Notes: generated from the letters alone by a model not told the origin. A stretch of 64,000 nucleotides of DNA from Acidobacteriota bacterium (GCA_035530855.1 DATKUA010000037.1:30333-94332); one strand, 5' to 3'. Shown: positions 46,319 through 56,395, numbered from the stretch's first letter. Numbers and translations are program-made.

Positions 46319-47695
46319 ATGCTACCGATGCGTGAAACCGGCAAGGAAAGCTCGAAGCAATACCGTCTCAAGGTCGGCCTCTGCAGCCTGGGGTGCGCCA
46401 AGAACCAGGTCGATTCCGAGGTGATGCTCGGTAAACTACGCGACGCCGGATTCTCGATTGTAGACGATCCTTCATTTGCCGACGCCATCGTTGTCAACAC
46501 GTGCGCCTTCATCGACGATGCCAAACAGGAATCGATCGATACAATCCTGGAGATGGCGCAATACAAGGATGGCGGCAATTGCCGTCGTCTGGTGGTAGCC
46601 GGCTGCCTCAGCCAGCGCTACCGCGCGGAGATCGTCAAGGCGATTCCTGAAATCGATGCCTGCCTGGGAATAGACGAGCTGGACAAGATAGCCGACGCCT
46701 GCAGGGGTAGTTTTCAACCTGTCGCGGAAACACCACCACTGCCGTTGCGACTCGATTGCGCCACCCAGGAGAGAGTGCTCATCTCCCCCAGTCATTACGC
46801 TTACCTGAAAATCTCCGACGGTTGCGACCACCGCTGCAGCTTCTGTGTCATCCCAAAAATCAGGGGAAAGTACAGAAGCAGGCAACCGCAAGACGTCGTT
46901 GCCGAGGCAGAAAAGCTGATCGGTAAAGGCGTCAAAGAGTTGATTCTCGTGGCCCAGGACCTCGGACGCTACGGCCGGGACATAGGCATGGAAGACGGCC
47001 TTGTCTCCCTGGTTGAACAATTGGTCCGCCTCGACGGCCTCTCCTGGCTGCGCCTTCTTTACGTCTATCCCGAGGGAATCAGCCCGCGCCTGATTGAATT
47101 AATTGCCTCGGAGGAGAGGCTTGTCCCCTACCTCGACATTCCTCTGCAACATGCCTCAGCGAGGGTACTCAAGAGCATGAGCCGCGGCGGCAGCGGCGAA
47201 AAGGCGCTACAAAAAATAAGCGCTTTGAGAGAGGCCGTTCCTGAAATTGCGATAAGGACATCGCTGATCGTCGGCTTCCCAACCGAGGAAGAAAGGGATT
47301 TCGAAGAGTTACTCGATTTTGTAGCAGCTGCGCGGTTCGATCACCTAGGGGCCTTCGCTTACTCACACGAAGAAGGCTCCGACGCGCACGAACACTTCGA
47401 GGACCGATGGCCGCCGGAAATCAAGGGTGAACGCCGCAACCGCGTGATGGCGCTGCAAAGCAAAATTTCGCTCGAAAAAAACCATGCCAGAATCGGCAGC
47501 AGATCTCCCTGCATCATCGACGGCCTGCACCCGGATAGTGAGATGCTGCTGGCCGGCAGGTTGCCCACGCAGTCTCCCGATGCCGACGGCATCGTGATCA
47601 TCAACGAAGGATCGGCTCGTCCCGGCGAGATAGTTTCGGTGGAGATTACCGAGGCGCACCCTTATGATCTGGTCGGGAGGATTGTCGATGACTGA
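46319..47695 (+). CDS. rimO: Ribosomal protein S12 methylthiotransferase RimO
   Basis: The N-terminal MTTase domain is 'VGLCSLGCAKNQVDSE...NTCAFI'. The radical SAM block is 'CDHRCSFCVIP'. A C-terminal TRAM domain follows. The start may be the ATG at 46331. Confidence 0.85.
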   Translation: MLPMRETGKESSKQYRLKVGLCSLGCAKNQVDSEVMLGKLRDAGFSIVDDPSFADAIVVNTCAFIDDAKQESIDTILEMAQYKDGGNCRRLVVAGCLSQRYRAEIVKAIPEIDACLGIDELDKIADACRGSFQPVAETPPLPLRLDCATQERVLISPSHYAYLKISDGCDHRCSFCVIPKIRGKYRSRQPQDVVAEAEKLIGKGVKELILVAQDLGRYGRDIGMEDGLVSLVEQLVRLDGLSWLRLLYVYPEGISPRLIELIASEERLVPYLDIPLQHASARVLKSMSRGGSGEKALQKISALREAVPEIAIRTSLIVGFPTEEERDFEELLDFVAAARFDHLGAFAYSHEEGSDAHEHFEDRWPPEIKGERRNRVMALQSKISLEKNHARIGSRSPCIIDGLHPDSEMLLAGRLPTQSPDADGIVIINEGSARPGEIVSVEITEAHPYDLVGRIVDD

Positions 47696-48287
47696 AATTC
47701 CTGATCGTTTATCCATAACCGACTGGCTGTCCCTTATCTGGGCGACGTGGTTCGGCAGCGGTCTCTTGCCGCTCATGCCGGGCACTTGGGGGACTATCGC
47801 CGCAATTCCATTGGTTGCGATTCTCGTGCTGCTGCTCGCGCCGTTGCATTACATCGTAGCTGTGTTCGCGCTGCTGTTGATCTCGATCCCGCCGGCTGCC
47901 CGAACCGCGCATCTCTACCGAACCCACCCCGCGATTATGAAGCTTAATCCACACTCGAAGCGCGTCTTCGAGAGCGATGCTCTGCAGCAATACATCAAGG
48001 ATCCCGAGAGCCAGAAGAAAGATCCCGGCATGATTGTGATCGACGAGGTCGTCGGCTATGCCGTGGCGATGATCGCTCTGCCGCCTTCCATCTCGGCTTT
48101 CGCTCTCGCCTTCGTCCTCTTCCGTTGTTTCGACATAGTCAAGGTCGAGCCGGGTAAACTGCTGGAACGTGTGGGGGGGGGCGTCGGCATCATCCTCGAC
48201 GATGTCGCCGCAGGCGCTTACGCCTGTTTGCTGAGCCATGCGTTCCTATGGCTGTGGGGAGCGGTAAACCTGCCTGTATTACCATGA
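47688..48287 (+). CDS. pgpA: Phosphatidylglycerophosphatase A with a ~45-aa insertion
   Basis: 'WFGSGLLPLMPGTWGTIAAIPL' and 'MIVIDEVVGY' are PgpA signatures. The start ATG overlaps the rimO stop as ATGA. Confidence 0.75.
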   Translation: MTEIPDRLSITDWLSLIWATWFGSGLLPLMPGTWGTIAAIPLVAILVLLLAPLHYIVAVFALLLISIPPAARTAHLYRTHPAIMKLNPHSKRVFESDALQQYIKDPESQKKDPGMIVIDEVVGYAVAMIALPPSISAFALAFVLFRCFDIVKVEPGKLLERVGGGVGIILDDVAAGAYACLLSHAFLWLWGAVNLPVLP

Positions 48288-49558
48288 CTAACGCGGAATT
48301 AATCGCCGTCGGATCGGAACTGCTGACACCTTACCGCAGCGATACCAACACGCTCTGGCTGACCGATCAGTTGAACCAGGCCGGCGTGCGCGTGACCCGG
48401 AAACATGTCATCGGTGACGACCGGATCGCCCTGGCTGAACTGTTCGTTGACGCCGGCCGCAGGGCCGACATCGTCATAGCTTGCGGCGGCCTCGGCCCCA
48501 CATTCGACGACATAACCCGCGAAGCCCTCGCCGACGCTCTCGGCCTCGAAATGGAGTTCAAGCAAGACGCCTGGCAGTGGATTTGCGATCGCTACGGCGC
48601 GCGGGGTAGAACGCCGACCGAGAACAACAAGCGCCAGGCGATGGTGCCTGTCGGCGCGCAATATGTGAAAAACGAAGTCGGTACTGCACCGGGACTTCTG
48701 CTGAGGCTGGACGGGGTGATCTACGAATTGCTGCCGGGGCCTCCCATCGAAATGACCTTCATCTTCAATGCCCTCAAAGAGAACCTCTTCTCCGCGATCG
48801 ACGTGAAACCCGTATTTAAGAGAATCTTCAAGATGGTTGGCGTTCCGGAAAGCGCCGTAGACGATAAGCTCGGTGACTTTCCGTTGCCCGAAGGTATGGA
48901 GTGGTCGATCCTGGCGGCCTACGGTCAAGTTGAAATACACTTCAGCTATGCCGCCGGGAGCGCGTCTGAGGCCGATGTTGTCTTCGCGCAAACCGGGAAA
49001 GAAATCTTGTCCCGCTTCGGTAACTTCGTCTTCGGAACCGACGACGAAACGCTCGAATCAGTTGCCGGTGATTTGCTCCGGACTAACGGCCACACGATCG
49101 CCGTGGCCGAGTCATGTTCCGGGGGTTGGCTCGCCAAGCGCCTGACCGACGTGCCGGGCAGCAGCGATTATTTCCTTCAGGGTGTTGTCACCTACTCGAA
49201 CGCAGCGAAGACGAGGCTGCTGGGGGTGAAGGAGGAGACGCTGGTAAAACACGGCGCGGTCAGCAAGGCGACTGCTCTGGAGATGGCTCAGGGGGTGAAA
49301 GAGCGCAGCACTGCGAACGTGGGCGTCGGCATCACGGGGATCGCAGGGCCTGACGGTGGCACTGAGGAGAAACCGGTAGGGCTTGTCTACATCGCCGCCA
49401 TCGCCGCGGACGGCGGCGAGTGCTGCCACGCGTTCCTCTTCCCCGGCGACCGCGACAAGATCCGTTATCAAGCGACGCAGATGGCTCTAGCCATGGTCCG
49501 CATGCCTTACGTGGGGGGCGAATTCGATTCTATTTACATTCTGGATCGCGATGATTGA
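48284..49558 (+). CDS. cinA: CinA-family protein (competence/damage-inducible; NMN amidohydrolase PncC domain at the C-terminus)
   Basis: The MoCF-biosynthesis-like N-domain is 'AELIAVGSELLTPYRSDTNTLWL'. The C-terminal CinA domain is 'AVAESCSGGWLAKRLTDVPGSSDYFLQGVVTYSNAAK'. Confidence 0.85.
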   Translation: MTNAELIAVGSELLTPYRSDTNTLWLTDQLNQAGVRVTRKHVIGDDRIALAELFVDAGRRADIVIACGGLGPTFDDITREALADALGLEMEFKQDAWQWICDRYGARGRTPTENNKRQAMVPVGAQYVKNEVGTAPGLLLRLDGVIYELLPGPPIEMTFIFNALKENLFSAIDVKPVFKRIFKMVGVPESAVDDKLGDFPLPEGMEWSILAAYGQVEIHFSYAAGSASEADVVFAQTGKEILSRFGNFVFGTDDETLESVAGDLLRTNGHTIAVAESCSGGWLAKRLTDVPGSSDYFLQGVVTYSNAAKTRLLGVKEETLVKHGAVSKATALEMAQGVKERSTANVGVGITGIAGPDGGTEEKPVGLVYIAAIAADGGECCHAFLFPGDRDKIRYQATQMALAMVRMPYVGGEFDSIYILDRDD

Positions 49559-49665
49559 ATCGCCGCTCTTGGCAATGGGCGGCTCCAATGGCATATTGCA
49601 TAATTGAGTCAGCATGTTCACCGAGCATACGATCCTCGTTGCCAGGCAGTATCAGGAGGTTTTGA

Positions 49666-50307
49666 GTGGAATCGATCGAAATCGCAGTCATTGCAGTTGC
49701 TTACCTGCTGGGATCCATACCCTTCGGTATCATATTCTACTGGCTGTTCCGCAGAGGCGATGTCAGAGCGGTCGGCAGCAAGAACATCGGGGCTACCAAC
49801 GTGGCGCGAACCGCGGGCGTTGTGCCGGGCCTGCTGACGTTGGTGGGCGATATACTCAAGGGATATCTTGCTGTCGCACTCTGTTTCATCGTGGGGTTGC
49901 AACCCGACAGCTGGGCAATAGCCCTGGCCGTGCTGTTCGCTCTCGCGGGCCACATGTTTCCTGTCTGGCTGTTGTTCAGGGGGGGTAAAGGAATCGCCAC
50001 CGGCCTCGGCGTCTTCCTCGGCCTGGCCTGGCCTGTGGCTTTGATTGCACTGGGGATATTTATTCTCTGCGTTGTGTTTACGCGTATCGTCTCGTTGAGC
50101 TCGCTGATCTCCACAGCATCTTTCGTATTCCTGATGTTCGCGTTGGCCCCATGGTTCGCCATCACGCTCAATCTGCAGATCGGAGCATTGTTGGGCGGCC
50201 TACTGATATTTATCAAACATTATGCGAACATCGGAAGGCTTCTCACTGGAAGCGAGAAGAAATTCGGTCTGGCTAAGAAGGATGAGAAGGCTGCCGGGGA
50301 AGCATGA
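49666..50307 (+). CDS. plsY: Glycerol-3-phosphate acyltransferase PlsY
   Basis: 'YLLGSIPFGIIFYWLFRRGDVRAVGSKNIGATNVAR' matches PlsY. It has a GTG start with an AGGAGG ribosome-binding site. Confidence 0.9.
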   Translation: MESIEIAVIAVAYLLGSIPFGIIFYWLFRRGDVRAVGSKNIGATNVARTAGVVPGLLTLVGDILKGYLAVALCFIVGLQPDSWAIALAVLFALAGHMFPVWLLFRGGKGIATGLGVFLGLAWPVALIALGIFILCVVFTRIVSLSSLISTASFVFLMFALAPWFAITLNLQIGALLGGLLIFIKHYANIGRLLTGSEKKFGLAKKDEKAAGEA

Positions 50308-51332
50308 TGATAATATCAGTTATCGGGGGGGGAAGCTGGGGAACGGCATTAGCCAACTTCCTGGCAGGGCTGAATCACGACGTCCGTCTATGGGCTCTTG
50401 AACCCGAAATCGTTGATGACATCCGTAACAATCAGGCCAACTCGGTCTTCCTGCCGGGTGTAGTCCTGAATGAATCGATTAGGGCGACAACCAACTTCAA
50501 GACCGCGCTCTCCGGCACAGAACTGGTGCTCTCGGTAGTTCCTACACAATTCGTCCGCTCGGTGCTTGTCCGGATGCGGGACTTCTTGCCCCAGAACGTA
50601 ATCATGGTAAGCGCGAGCAAGGGTATTGAAAACACGACGCTTTGCCGGGTCACAGAGATATTTAAGGATGAGCTCCGCGGGAGGGTCGGCGCAAGCAGAA
50701 TCCTGGTTCTCGCCGGCCCCAGTTTCGCGAAAGAAGTGGCCCGCTCCCAACCTACCGCCGCCGTCATTGCCGGCAAGGACATCAATCTCGCAGCCAAAAT
50801 CCAGCATGAGTTCTCCTCCGATCTCTTCCGGCTCTACACAAGCGACGACTTAATCGGTCTCGAAATCTGCGGAGCGATCAAAAACGTAATCGCTCTGGCG
50901 AGCGGCGCCTGTACCGGCCTCGGCCTGGGCGACAACTCCCGCGCGGCGCTCATCACCCGCGGCATCGCCGAAATCGCCAGGCTGGTCACGAAGATGGGCG
51001 GTCGCAGCCAAACCGTTGCGGGGCTGGCCGGAGTCGGCGATATGGTGCTTACCTGCACCAGCACGACCAGCCGTAACTTCAGTTTCGGCTACAGGCTGGG
51101 CCGCGGCGAGAAGCCGCAAAACATAACAGATTCGATGCGGATGATTGCGGAGGGGGTGAAAACCTCCATCTCGGCAGTCGCGCTTGCCGAGCGCGAGGGT
51201 GTCGAAATGCCGATCTGCCAAGCCATCTACGCTGTTATCTACGAAGGCCTGCCTCCTCTCGAGGCCGTGCGTCAGTTGATGACGCGCGGTTTGAGGCACG
51301 AATGGGAACCCGAACCGGGAGAAGTGCCATGA
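50304..51332 (+). CDS. gpsA: NAD(P)H-dependent glycerol-3-phosphate dehydrogenase
   Basis: 'ISVIGGGSWGTALANFL' is the Rossmann motif. 'GAIKNVIALASG' is also present. Confidence 0.9.
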   Translation: MMIISVIGGGSWGTALANFLAGLNHDVRLWALEPEIVDDIRNNQANSVFLPGVVLNESIRATTNFKTALSGTELVLSVVPTQFVRSVLVRMRDFLPQNVIMVSASKGIENTTLCRVTEIFKDELRGRVGASRILVLAGPSFAKEVARSQPTAAVIAGKDINLAAKIQHEFSSDLFRLYTSDDLIGLEICGAIKNVIALASGACTGLGLGDNSRAALITRGIAEIARLVTKMGGRSQTVAGLAGVGDMVLTCTSTTSRNFSFGYRLGRGEKPQNITDSMRMIAEGVKTSISAVALAEREGVEMPICQAIYAVIYEGLPPLEAVRQLMTRGLRHEWEPEPGEVP

Positions 51333-52105
51333 AGCATATGTTGCTGTTAAGCCTGGCTTTCATCCTCGCCCTTGGCACCGCCTGTGGTAGCGGCGGTCAG
51401 TTGAAGAGCGATTCCGCCGATAGCTTCGCCTTCCACTACAACCTTGGCATGGCTTCGTTCGAAAAGGGTGATTATCGGTCAGCAATCAAACACTTCGAGC
51501 GCTCGATCAGAATCAATCCCAACGTGGCTCGAACCCACAACGAGCTGGGGATGTGCTTCCTTTTCCTCAAGGAAAACGCCAAGGCAGTGCCGCACTTCGA
51601 GCGTGCTTTGGAAATCGACCCATCCTTCGGCGAAGTCCACAACAACATCGGTATCTCTCTTTTCGGGCTGGGCCGCTACGAAGAAGCCGAAATGCATTTC
51701 CAGGCAACGCTGGCTTCGCCGGATTACGGCACGAAATTCATCCCCTTGTACAATCTGGGCAACCTGTATCAGAATTTGGGGCGCTATGACGACGCGATCG
51801 CCATTTATGAGCGCGCCCTGGAGGACGAAGAGAGGATTACAGTCGAGTATCGGATAAACATTCACCATCAGCTAGGCAATTGCCTGCTGGCCATTAGCCG
51901 CTACCGCGAGGCCTACGAACACTATGAGCTCGTTTTGGTTCTGAATCCAAGGCTGGTCGAGGCTGCTTTCAATGCAGGCGTGGCTTCCTTCAACTACGGG
52001 GATTTTGCCACCGCAAGGATGATGTTTTCAAAGGCAATCTCCGTTGCGCCGGGCAGCGAGTGGGAAAAGCGAGCCAGGGAGTATCTCGGCAAGATGGAGC
52101 GTTGA
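51329..52105 (+). CDS. TPR-repeat lipoprotein (~258 aa)
   Basis: The lipobox is 'LAFILALGTACGSG'. Five to six TPR units follow, for example 'YNLGMASFEKGDYRSAIKHFERSIRINPN'. The start overlaps the gpsA stop as ATGA. Confidence 0.6.
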   Translation: MKHMLLLSLAFILALGTACGSGGQLKSDSADSFAFHYNLGMASFEKGDYRSAIKHFERSIRINPNVARTHNELGMCFLFLKENAKAVPHFERALEIDPSFGEVHNNIGISLFGLGRYEEAEMHFQATLASPDYGTKFIPLYNLGNLYQNLGRYDDAIAIYERALEDEERITVEYRINIHHQLGNCLLAISRYREAYEHYELVLVLNPRLVEAAFNAGVASFNYGDFATARMMFSKAISVAPGSEWEKRAREYLGKMER

Positions 52106-52109
52106 GTCA

Positions 52110-53054
52110 ATGGCGTTCTGGAGCCGCAAGAAGGATAAGGGAGAGGGATCGAGTAGTCTCAGCCGTGGGCTCGAAAAAACCCGCAAGGGGATTTTCGGCC
52201 GCATCGGCGATCTCCTGCGCGGAGCCCGCAAGCTCGATGACGACCTCCTCGAAGAGCTTGAGGAAATACTGATCGGCAGCGATGTCGGTGTCGGCACGTC
52301 GATGGAAATTGTCGGGGAATTGCGCGAGAAAGCCCTGGATGAAAAACAATTCGATCCCGAAGCTATCCGTCAGATGATCCAGACTCATATCGCAGGAATT
52401 CTGGATGAGGCATCGGCGCAGGCTGAGGTCACCCAGGGTAAACCCCATGTGATTCTGGTGGTTGGGGTCAACGGTACCGGCAAGACAACCTCCATCGGCA
52501 AGCTTGCACACCGCCACTCCAGGGAAGGCAAAAAAGTCATCCTCGCCGCCGCCGACACTTTCAGAGCCGCGGCGATCGAGCAGCTTCAGATCTGGGCCGA
52601 CCGCAGCGGAGCCGAAATCATCAAGCACAAATCCCAGGCCGACCCCGCAGCGGTTGTATTCGACGCCCTGGCAGCCGCCAAATCCAGAGTGGCCGACATG
52701 GTGATCATTGATACCGCCGGCAGGCTTCACACGAAGCACAACCTGATGAACGAACTTGATAAGATACGCCGCATCATCGAGCGCGAGATCGAGGGAGCAC
52801 CGCACGAGGTGCTGCTGGTGCTCGACGCCACCACCGGACAGAACGGCCTCGTGCAAGCTGAGGAGTTTATGAAATTCTCGGGACTGACGGGCATCGTGCT
52901 CGCCAAGCTCGACGGCACCGCCAAAGGCGGCGTCGTCATCGCCATCACCAAGAAGATGAATCTTCCCATCCGCTATGTCGGCGTCGGCGAGCAGATAGAA
53001 GACCTGGTGGACTTCGATCCCGAAGATTTCGCGGCCAGCCTCTTCGAGGAATGA
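52110..53054 (+). CDS. ftsY: Signal recognition particle receptor FtsY
   Basis: An N-terminal helical bundle precedes the SRP GTPase domain. The G-motifs are 'GVNGTGKTTSIGKLA', 'DTAGRL' and 'AKLDGTAKGG'. Confidence 0.88.
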   Translation: MAFWSRKKDKGEGSSSLSRGLEKTRKGIFGRIGDLLRGARKLDDDLLEELEEILIGSDVGVGTSMEIVGELREKALDEKQFDPEAIRQMIQTHIAGILDEASAQAEVTQGKPHVILVVGVNGTGKTTSIGKLAHRHSREGKKVILAAADTFRAAAIEQLQIWADRSGAEIIKHKSQADPAAVVFDALAAAKSRVADMVIIDTAGRLHTKHNLMNELDKIRRIIEREIEGAPHEVLLVLDATTGQNGLVQAEEFMKFSGLTGIVLAKLDGTAKGGVVIAITKKMNLPIRYVGVGEQIEDLVDFDPEDFAASLFEE

Positions 53055-53082
53055 CGTACCAGAGCTCAAATAAGCTGTCTCA

Positions 53083-53781
53083 ATGCCTAAACCACTGAAC
53101 GAAACCTACGATGCCTCCTGGCGGCCATTCGTCCACATAAAGGCCGGAATGAGCCTCGACGGCCGGATCGCCACCGCGGCGGGAAAAAGCCAGTGGATCA
53201 CATCAGAGGAAGCACGGATTTATGCGCACACCCTGCGTGATCGCTACGATGCGATACTAGTCGGCATTGGAACGGTCCTCGCCGACGATCCGCAGCTCAA
53301 TGCGAGGCTCGAAGGCAAAGAAAGCCGTATACACCGCATCATCGTCGACAGCAGCCTTAGAACGCCTGAAAACGCGAGACTCTTCAGCGTGGACGCCGGC
53401 GGGAAAATATTCATCGCGACCTTGGAAAAGGCCGATGAAAAGAGAGCGAGCGCGTTGGAAGCCGCAGGGGCCGTAATAATCCATTGCCCCGAGGATCGCG
53501 GCAAGGTAGACCTGCAACATCTGCTCAAAGAGTTGAGGGCGCTGGAGATCCGCAGCCTGATGGTCGAAGGCGGGGGCGAGATGATTGCCTCGTTCATGCG
53601 CCAAAGGCTGGCCGACAAGGTAACTTTCGTTTTTGCACCGTTGATCATCGGCGGGCGAAACTCGATTCCCGTTGTCGGGGGTGACGACATCGAAGACCTG
53701 GACGAGGCGCTCAGGCTCGATAATATTCGCAGCTTCCCGCTGGGCCCGGATATAGCCATCGAGTGCTATCTGAGGCGTTAG
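53083..53781 (+). CDS. ribD: Riboflavin-pathway pyrimidine reductase (RibD C-terminal reductase domain only, with no deaminase domain)
   Basis: 'VHIKAGMSLDGRIATAAGKSQWITSEEARIYAHTLRDRYDAILVGIGTVLADDPQLN' is the dihydrofolate-reductase-like RibD C-domain. At 232 aa there is no room for a CMP/dCMP-type deaminase zinc motif. Confidence 0.75.
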   Translation: MPKPLNETYDASWRPFVHIKAGMSLDGRIATAAGKSQWITSEEARIYAHTLRDRYDAILVGIGTVLADDPQLNARLEGKESRIHRIIVDSSLRTPENARLFSVDAGGKIFIATLEKADEKRASALEAAGAVIIHCPEDRGKVDLQHLLKELRALEIRSLMVEGGGEMIASFMRQRLADKVTFVFAPLIIGGRNSIPVVGGDDIEDLDEALRLDNIRSFPLGPDIAIECYLRR

Positions 53782-53850
53782 GGACTATATTTATATCAAG
53801 CTACGGGCTATTCTAATCAGGTCCTCTTACCATTGATATCGGAGCCTGCA

Positions 53851-55053
53851 ATGGCGTTTTTAACTGTAGACGAGGCCGTCAAGAAGTTTCGCGAAGGTCG
53901 GATGCTGATCATTGTCGACGACGGCAACGAAGAAAACGAGGGCAACCTCTGCATCGCGGCCGAACACATTTCGCCGGAGACGCTGAACTTCATGTCGAAA
54001 AACGGCCGCGGCCTCATCTCCGTCGCCATGACTCCCGAGCGCCTCGACGAGTTGGAGATTCCCTTGATGGTCAACGGCAGCGACGGCAAGCGCGGCAGCG
54101 CTTTTTGCGTGTCGGTGGAAGCGTCTCGGGAAAGCACCTCCGGGATGAGCGCTTTCGACCGAGCCAAGACGATCAAGGAATTGATCAATCCCGACTCCTC
54201 TTCAACGGATTTCCTGCGCCCGGGTCATGTATTCCCACTTCGTTGCCGCAAGGGAGGAGTGCTGGAGCGCGCCGGAGCAAGCGAGGTGTCGATCGACCTG
54301 GCCCGTACTGCAGGCTTAATTCCGGCGGCTGTCCTATGCGAAATCATCAACGACGACGGAACCATGGCACACCTGCCGCAACTGCAGGAATTCGCGAAAA
54401 AACACGATCTGGAAATAGTGGTCATCGCCGATGTCATCCGCCACCGGATGTTGCACGAGACCCTCGTCCGACGCGTCGCTACACCTCGCCTGCCTACCGA
54501 GTCAGGCGATTTCACTCTAATTGTTTATGAGAACGAGCTCGACAATTACAACCACCTCGCGTTGTTCAAAGGTGACTGCGCCGGCGATGAGCCATGCCTC
54601 GTTCGCGTGCACTCAGAATGCCTCACTGGCGATATATTCGGGTCTCTGCGGTGTGACTGCGGCCCACAACTCCACCATGCTTTGGAAAAGATCGATAAGG
54701 AAGGCCGCGGTGTGCTGCTCTACCTGCGCCAGGAGGGACGGGGTATCGGGCTGGTCAACAAGATGAGAGCTTACGAACTCCAGGACCAGGGATTGGATAC
54801 GGTCGATGCGAATCTCAACCTCGGCTTCGCCGACGACCAAAGGGATTACGGCATCGGCGCCCAAATCCTGTTCGATCTCGGCGTTCGTAGGATGCGCCTG
54901 ATGACGAACAATCCCCGCAAATTCGTCGCACTCTCGGGTTATGGTCTCGAGATTACCGAACGCGTACCGATCGAGATCGAGCCAGGTGAGCACAACATCA
55001 ATTATCTAACGACCAAAAAAAAGCGTCTGGGGCACTTTCTAAAGGAAGTCTGA
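53851..55053 (+). CDS. ribBA: Bifunctional 3,4-dihydroxy-2-butanone-4-phosphate synthase / GTP cyclohydrolase II
   Basis: '[19 protein letters not shown]' is the DHBP synthase signature. The GCH-II zinc site is '[15 protein letters not shown]'. Confidence 0.9.
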   Translation: MAFLTVDEAVKKFREGRMLIIVDDGNEENEGNLCIAAEHISPETLNFMSKNGRGLISVAMTPERLDELEIPLMVNGSDGKRGSAFCVSVEASRESTSGMSAFDRAKTIKELINPDSSSTDFLRPGHVFPLRCRKGGVLERAGASEVSIDLARTAGLIPAAVLCEIINDDGTMAHLPQLQEFAKKHDLEIVVIADVIRHRMLHETLVRRVATPRLPTESGDFTLIVYENELDNYNHLALFKGDCAGDEPCLVRVHSECLTGDIFGSLRCDCGPQLHHALEKIDKEGRGVLLYLRQEGRGIGLVNKMRAYELQDQGLDTVDANLNLGFADDQRDYGIGAQILFDLGVRRMRLMTNNPRKFVALSGYGLEITERVPIEIEPGEHNINYLTTKKKRLGHFLKEV

Positions 55054-55096
55054 AGCACGCGCATCTACAACCTCAGGGCCTTTCTGATGAATGGCG

Positions 55097-55125
55097 TTTA
55101 CTACTTGGCCGTCGCTTTCTATAAT
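55097..55125 (+). promoter_or_regulatory. Candidate promoter for the fabZ-lpxA-lpxI operon: a weak -35 TTTACT, a 17-nt spacer, and a perfect -10 TATAAT
   Basis: The hexamers were read directly 33 nt upstream of the fabZ ATG. A GGGAGAAG ribosome-binding site follows. Confidence 0.35.
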
Positions 55126-55157
55126 GCCCGCCATGTAAATAAAGGCTGGGAGAAGAG

Positions 55158-55625
55158 ATGAATAAGAATGCTGTGGAGGGTTGGGCGGAGATTCTGGATG
55201 CGCTTCCCCATCGTTATCCCTTTCTACTGGTAGACCGGATAACCGCCGTGGAAGAGAACAAACGGATCGAGGGCTACAAAAACGTCAGCTTCAACGAGCC
55301 TTTTTTTCAGGGTCACTTTCCCGGAGAGCCCGTGATGCCGGGAGTGTTGATCGTCGAAGCGATGGCCCAGGTCGGCGCCATGCTGCTCAAGCGAGTCGTA
55401 CCCGATTACAAGAAAAAGCTGATAATGTTTCTCGGCCTGGATAATGTCCGCTTCAGAAAGCCCGTGCGGCCGGGAGACCGCCTCGATATAGCAGTCGAGA
55501 TTACCCGGCCTTCATTGAAGGCCGCGCGCCTGGAGGGTAGAGCCTCGGTGAACGGCGAGGAGGCGGCCAGGGCGACCATGCTCGCGACTGTGGTTGATCG
55601 CATCATCAAGGAGGAACAGCAGTGA
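55158..55625 (+). CDS. fabZ: 3-hydroxyacyl-ACP dehydratase FabZ
   Basis: 'LPHRYPFLLVDRI' and 'FFQGHFPGEPVMPGVLIVEAMAQ' match FabZ. Confidence 0.92.
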   Translation: MNKNAVEGWAEILDALPHRYPFLLVDRITAVEENKRIEGYKNVSFNEPFFQGHFPGEPVMPGVLIVEAMAQVGAMLLKRVVPDYKKKLIMFLGLDNVRFRKPVRPGDRLDIAVEITRPSLKAARLEGRASVNGEEAARATMLATVVDRIIKEEQQ

Positions 55626-56395
55626 AACAGCACCCAACCGCGATAGTGGATCCAGGAGCGGATATAGCCGATGACGTCGCGATCGGCCCGTTCAGCATCA
55701 TCCACGCGGGAGCGGTTATCGGCTCCGGTTGTGTGATCGAGAGCCACGTAGTCATCCACGGTTCCGCAAGGATCGGTAGCGGCAACCGCTTCCATCAGGC
55801 TTGCGCGATCGGGGACCTGCCGCAGGATTTCAGCTTCGACGGCGAACCGACAATCGTGATCATCGGTCAAAACAACACATTCAGAGAATTCTGCACCATC
55901 CATCGAGGAACAGCCAACGGCCGCGGGGAGACGGTTATCGGGAACAACAACTATTTCATGGCCTATGCGCACATCGCCCACGATTGCATCGTCGGCAACA
56001 ACACGATTTTCGGCAACGCCGGCAGCATTGCAGGCCATGTGCTCATCGAAGACCACGCGACGGTCGGGCCTTTCTGCGGCGTGCACCAGTACTGTCGTGT
56101 CGGCGCGCATGGCTGGATGGGCGCCTACAGCGTTGCCACCAAGGATGTCCTCCCCTACTCCAAGACCGTCGGCAACCGGGCCAGAGTTTTCGGGCCGAAT
56201 CTCGTCGGCCTGCAGCGCAAGGGTCTTTCCACTGATGCGATCAAAAGCATCAGGCGGGCCTATAGGTTCCTTTTCCAGAGCAAGCTGAACACAACACAGG
56301 CACTGGAAATGATCGAGGAGGAGATTGTCGGCTGCCCCGAGGTGGACTACATGGTGCAATTCATCCGCTCCTCGAAGCGGGGAATTATTAAGTGA
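55622..56395 (+). CDS. lpxA: UDP-N-acetylglucosamine O-acyltransferase LpxA
   Basis: It has left-handed β-helix hexapeptide repeats and 'NNNYFMAYAHIAHDCIVGNNTIFGN'. The C-terminal helical domain is 'GLSTDAIKSIRRAYRFLF'. Confidence 0.9.
   Translation: MKQHPTAIVDPGADIADDVAIGPFSIIHAGAVIGSGCVIESHVVIHGSARIGSGNRFHQACAIGDLPQDFSFDGEPTIVIIGQNNTFREFCTIHRGTANGRGETVIGNNNYFMAYAHIAHDCIVGNNTIFGNAGSIAGHVLIEDHATVGPFCGVHQYCRVGAHGWMGAYSVATKDVLPYSKTVGNRARVFGPNLVGLQRKGLSTDAIKSIRRAYRFLFQSKLNTTQALEMIEEEIVGCPEVDYMVQFIRSSKRGIIK

Noticed and set aside
46315-46320. TATAAT hexamer overlapping the annotated rimO ATG, considered as a -10 for a leaderless rimO starting at 46331
   Set aside because: It is plausible (TTAGCC-N18-TATAAT) but I cannot tell it from a chance match. 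The choice of start codon remains ambiguous, so I did not call it.
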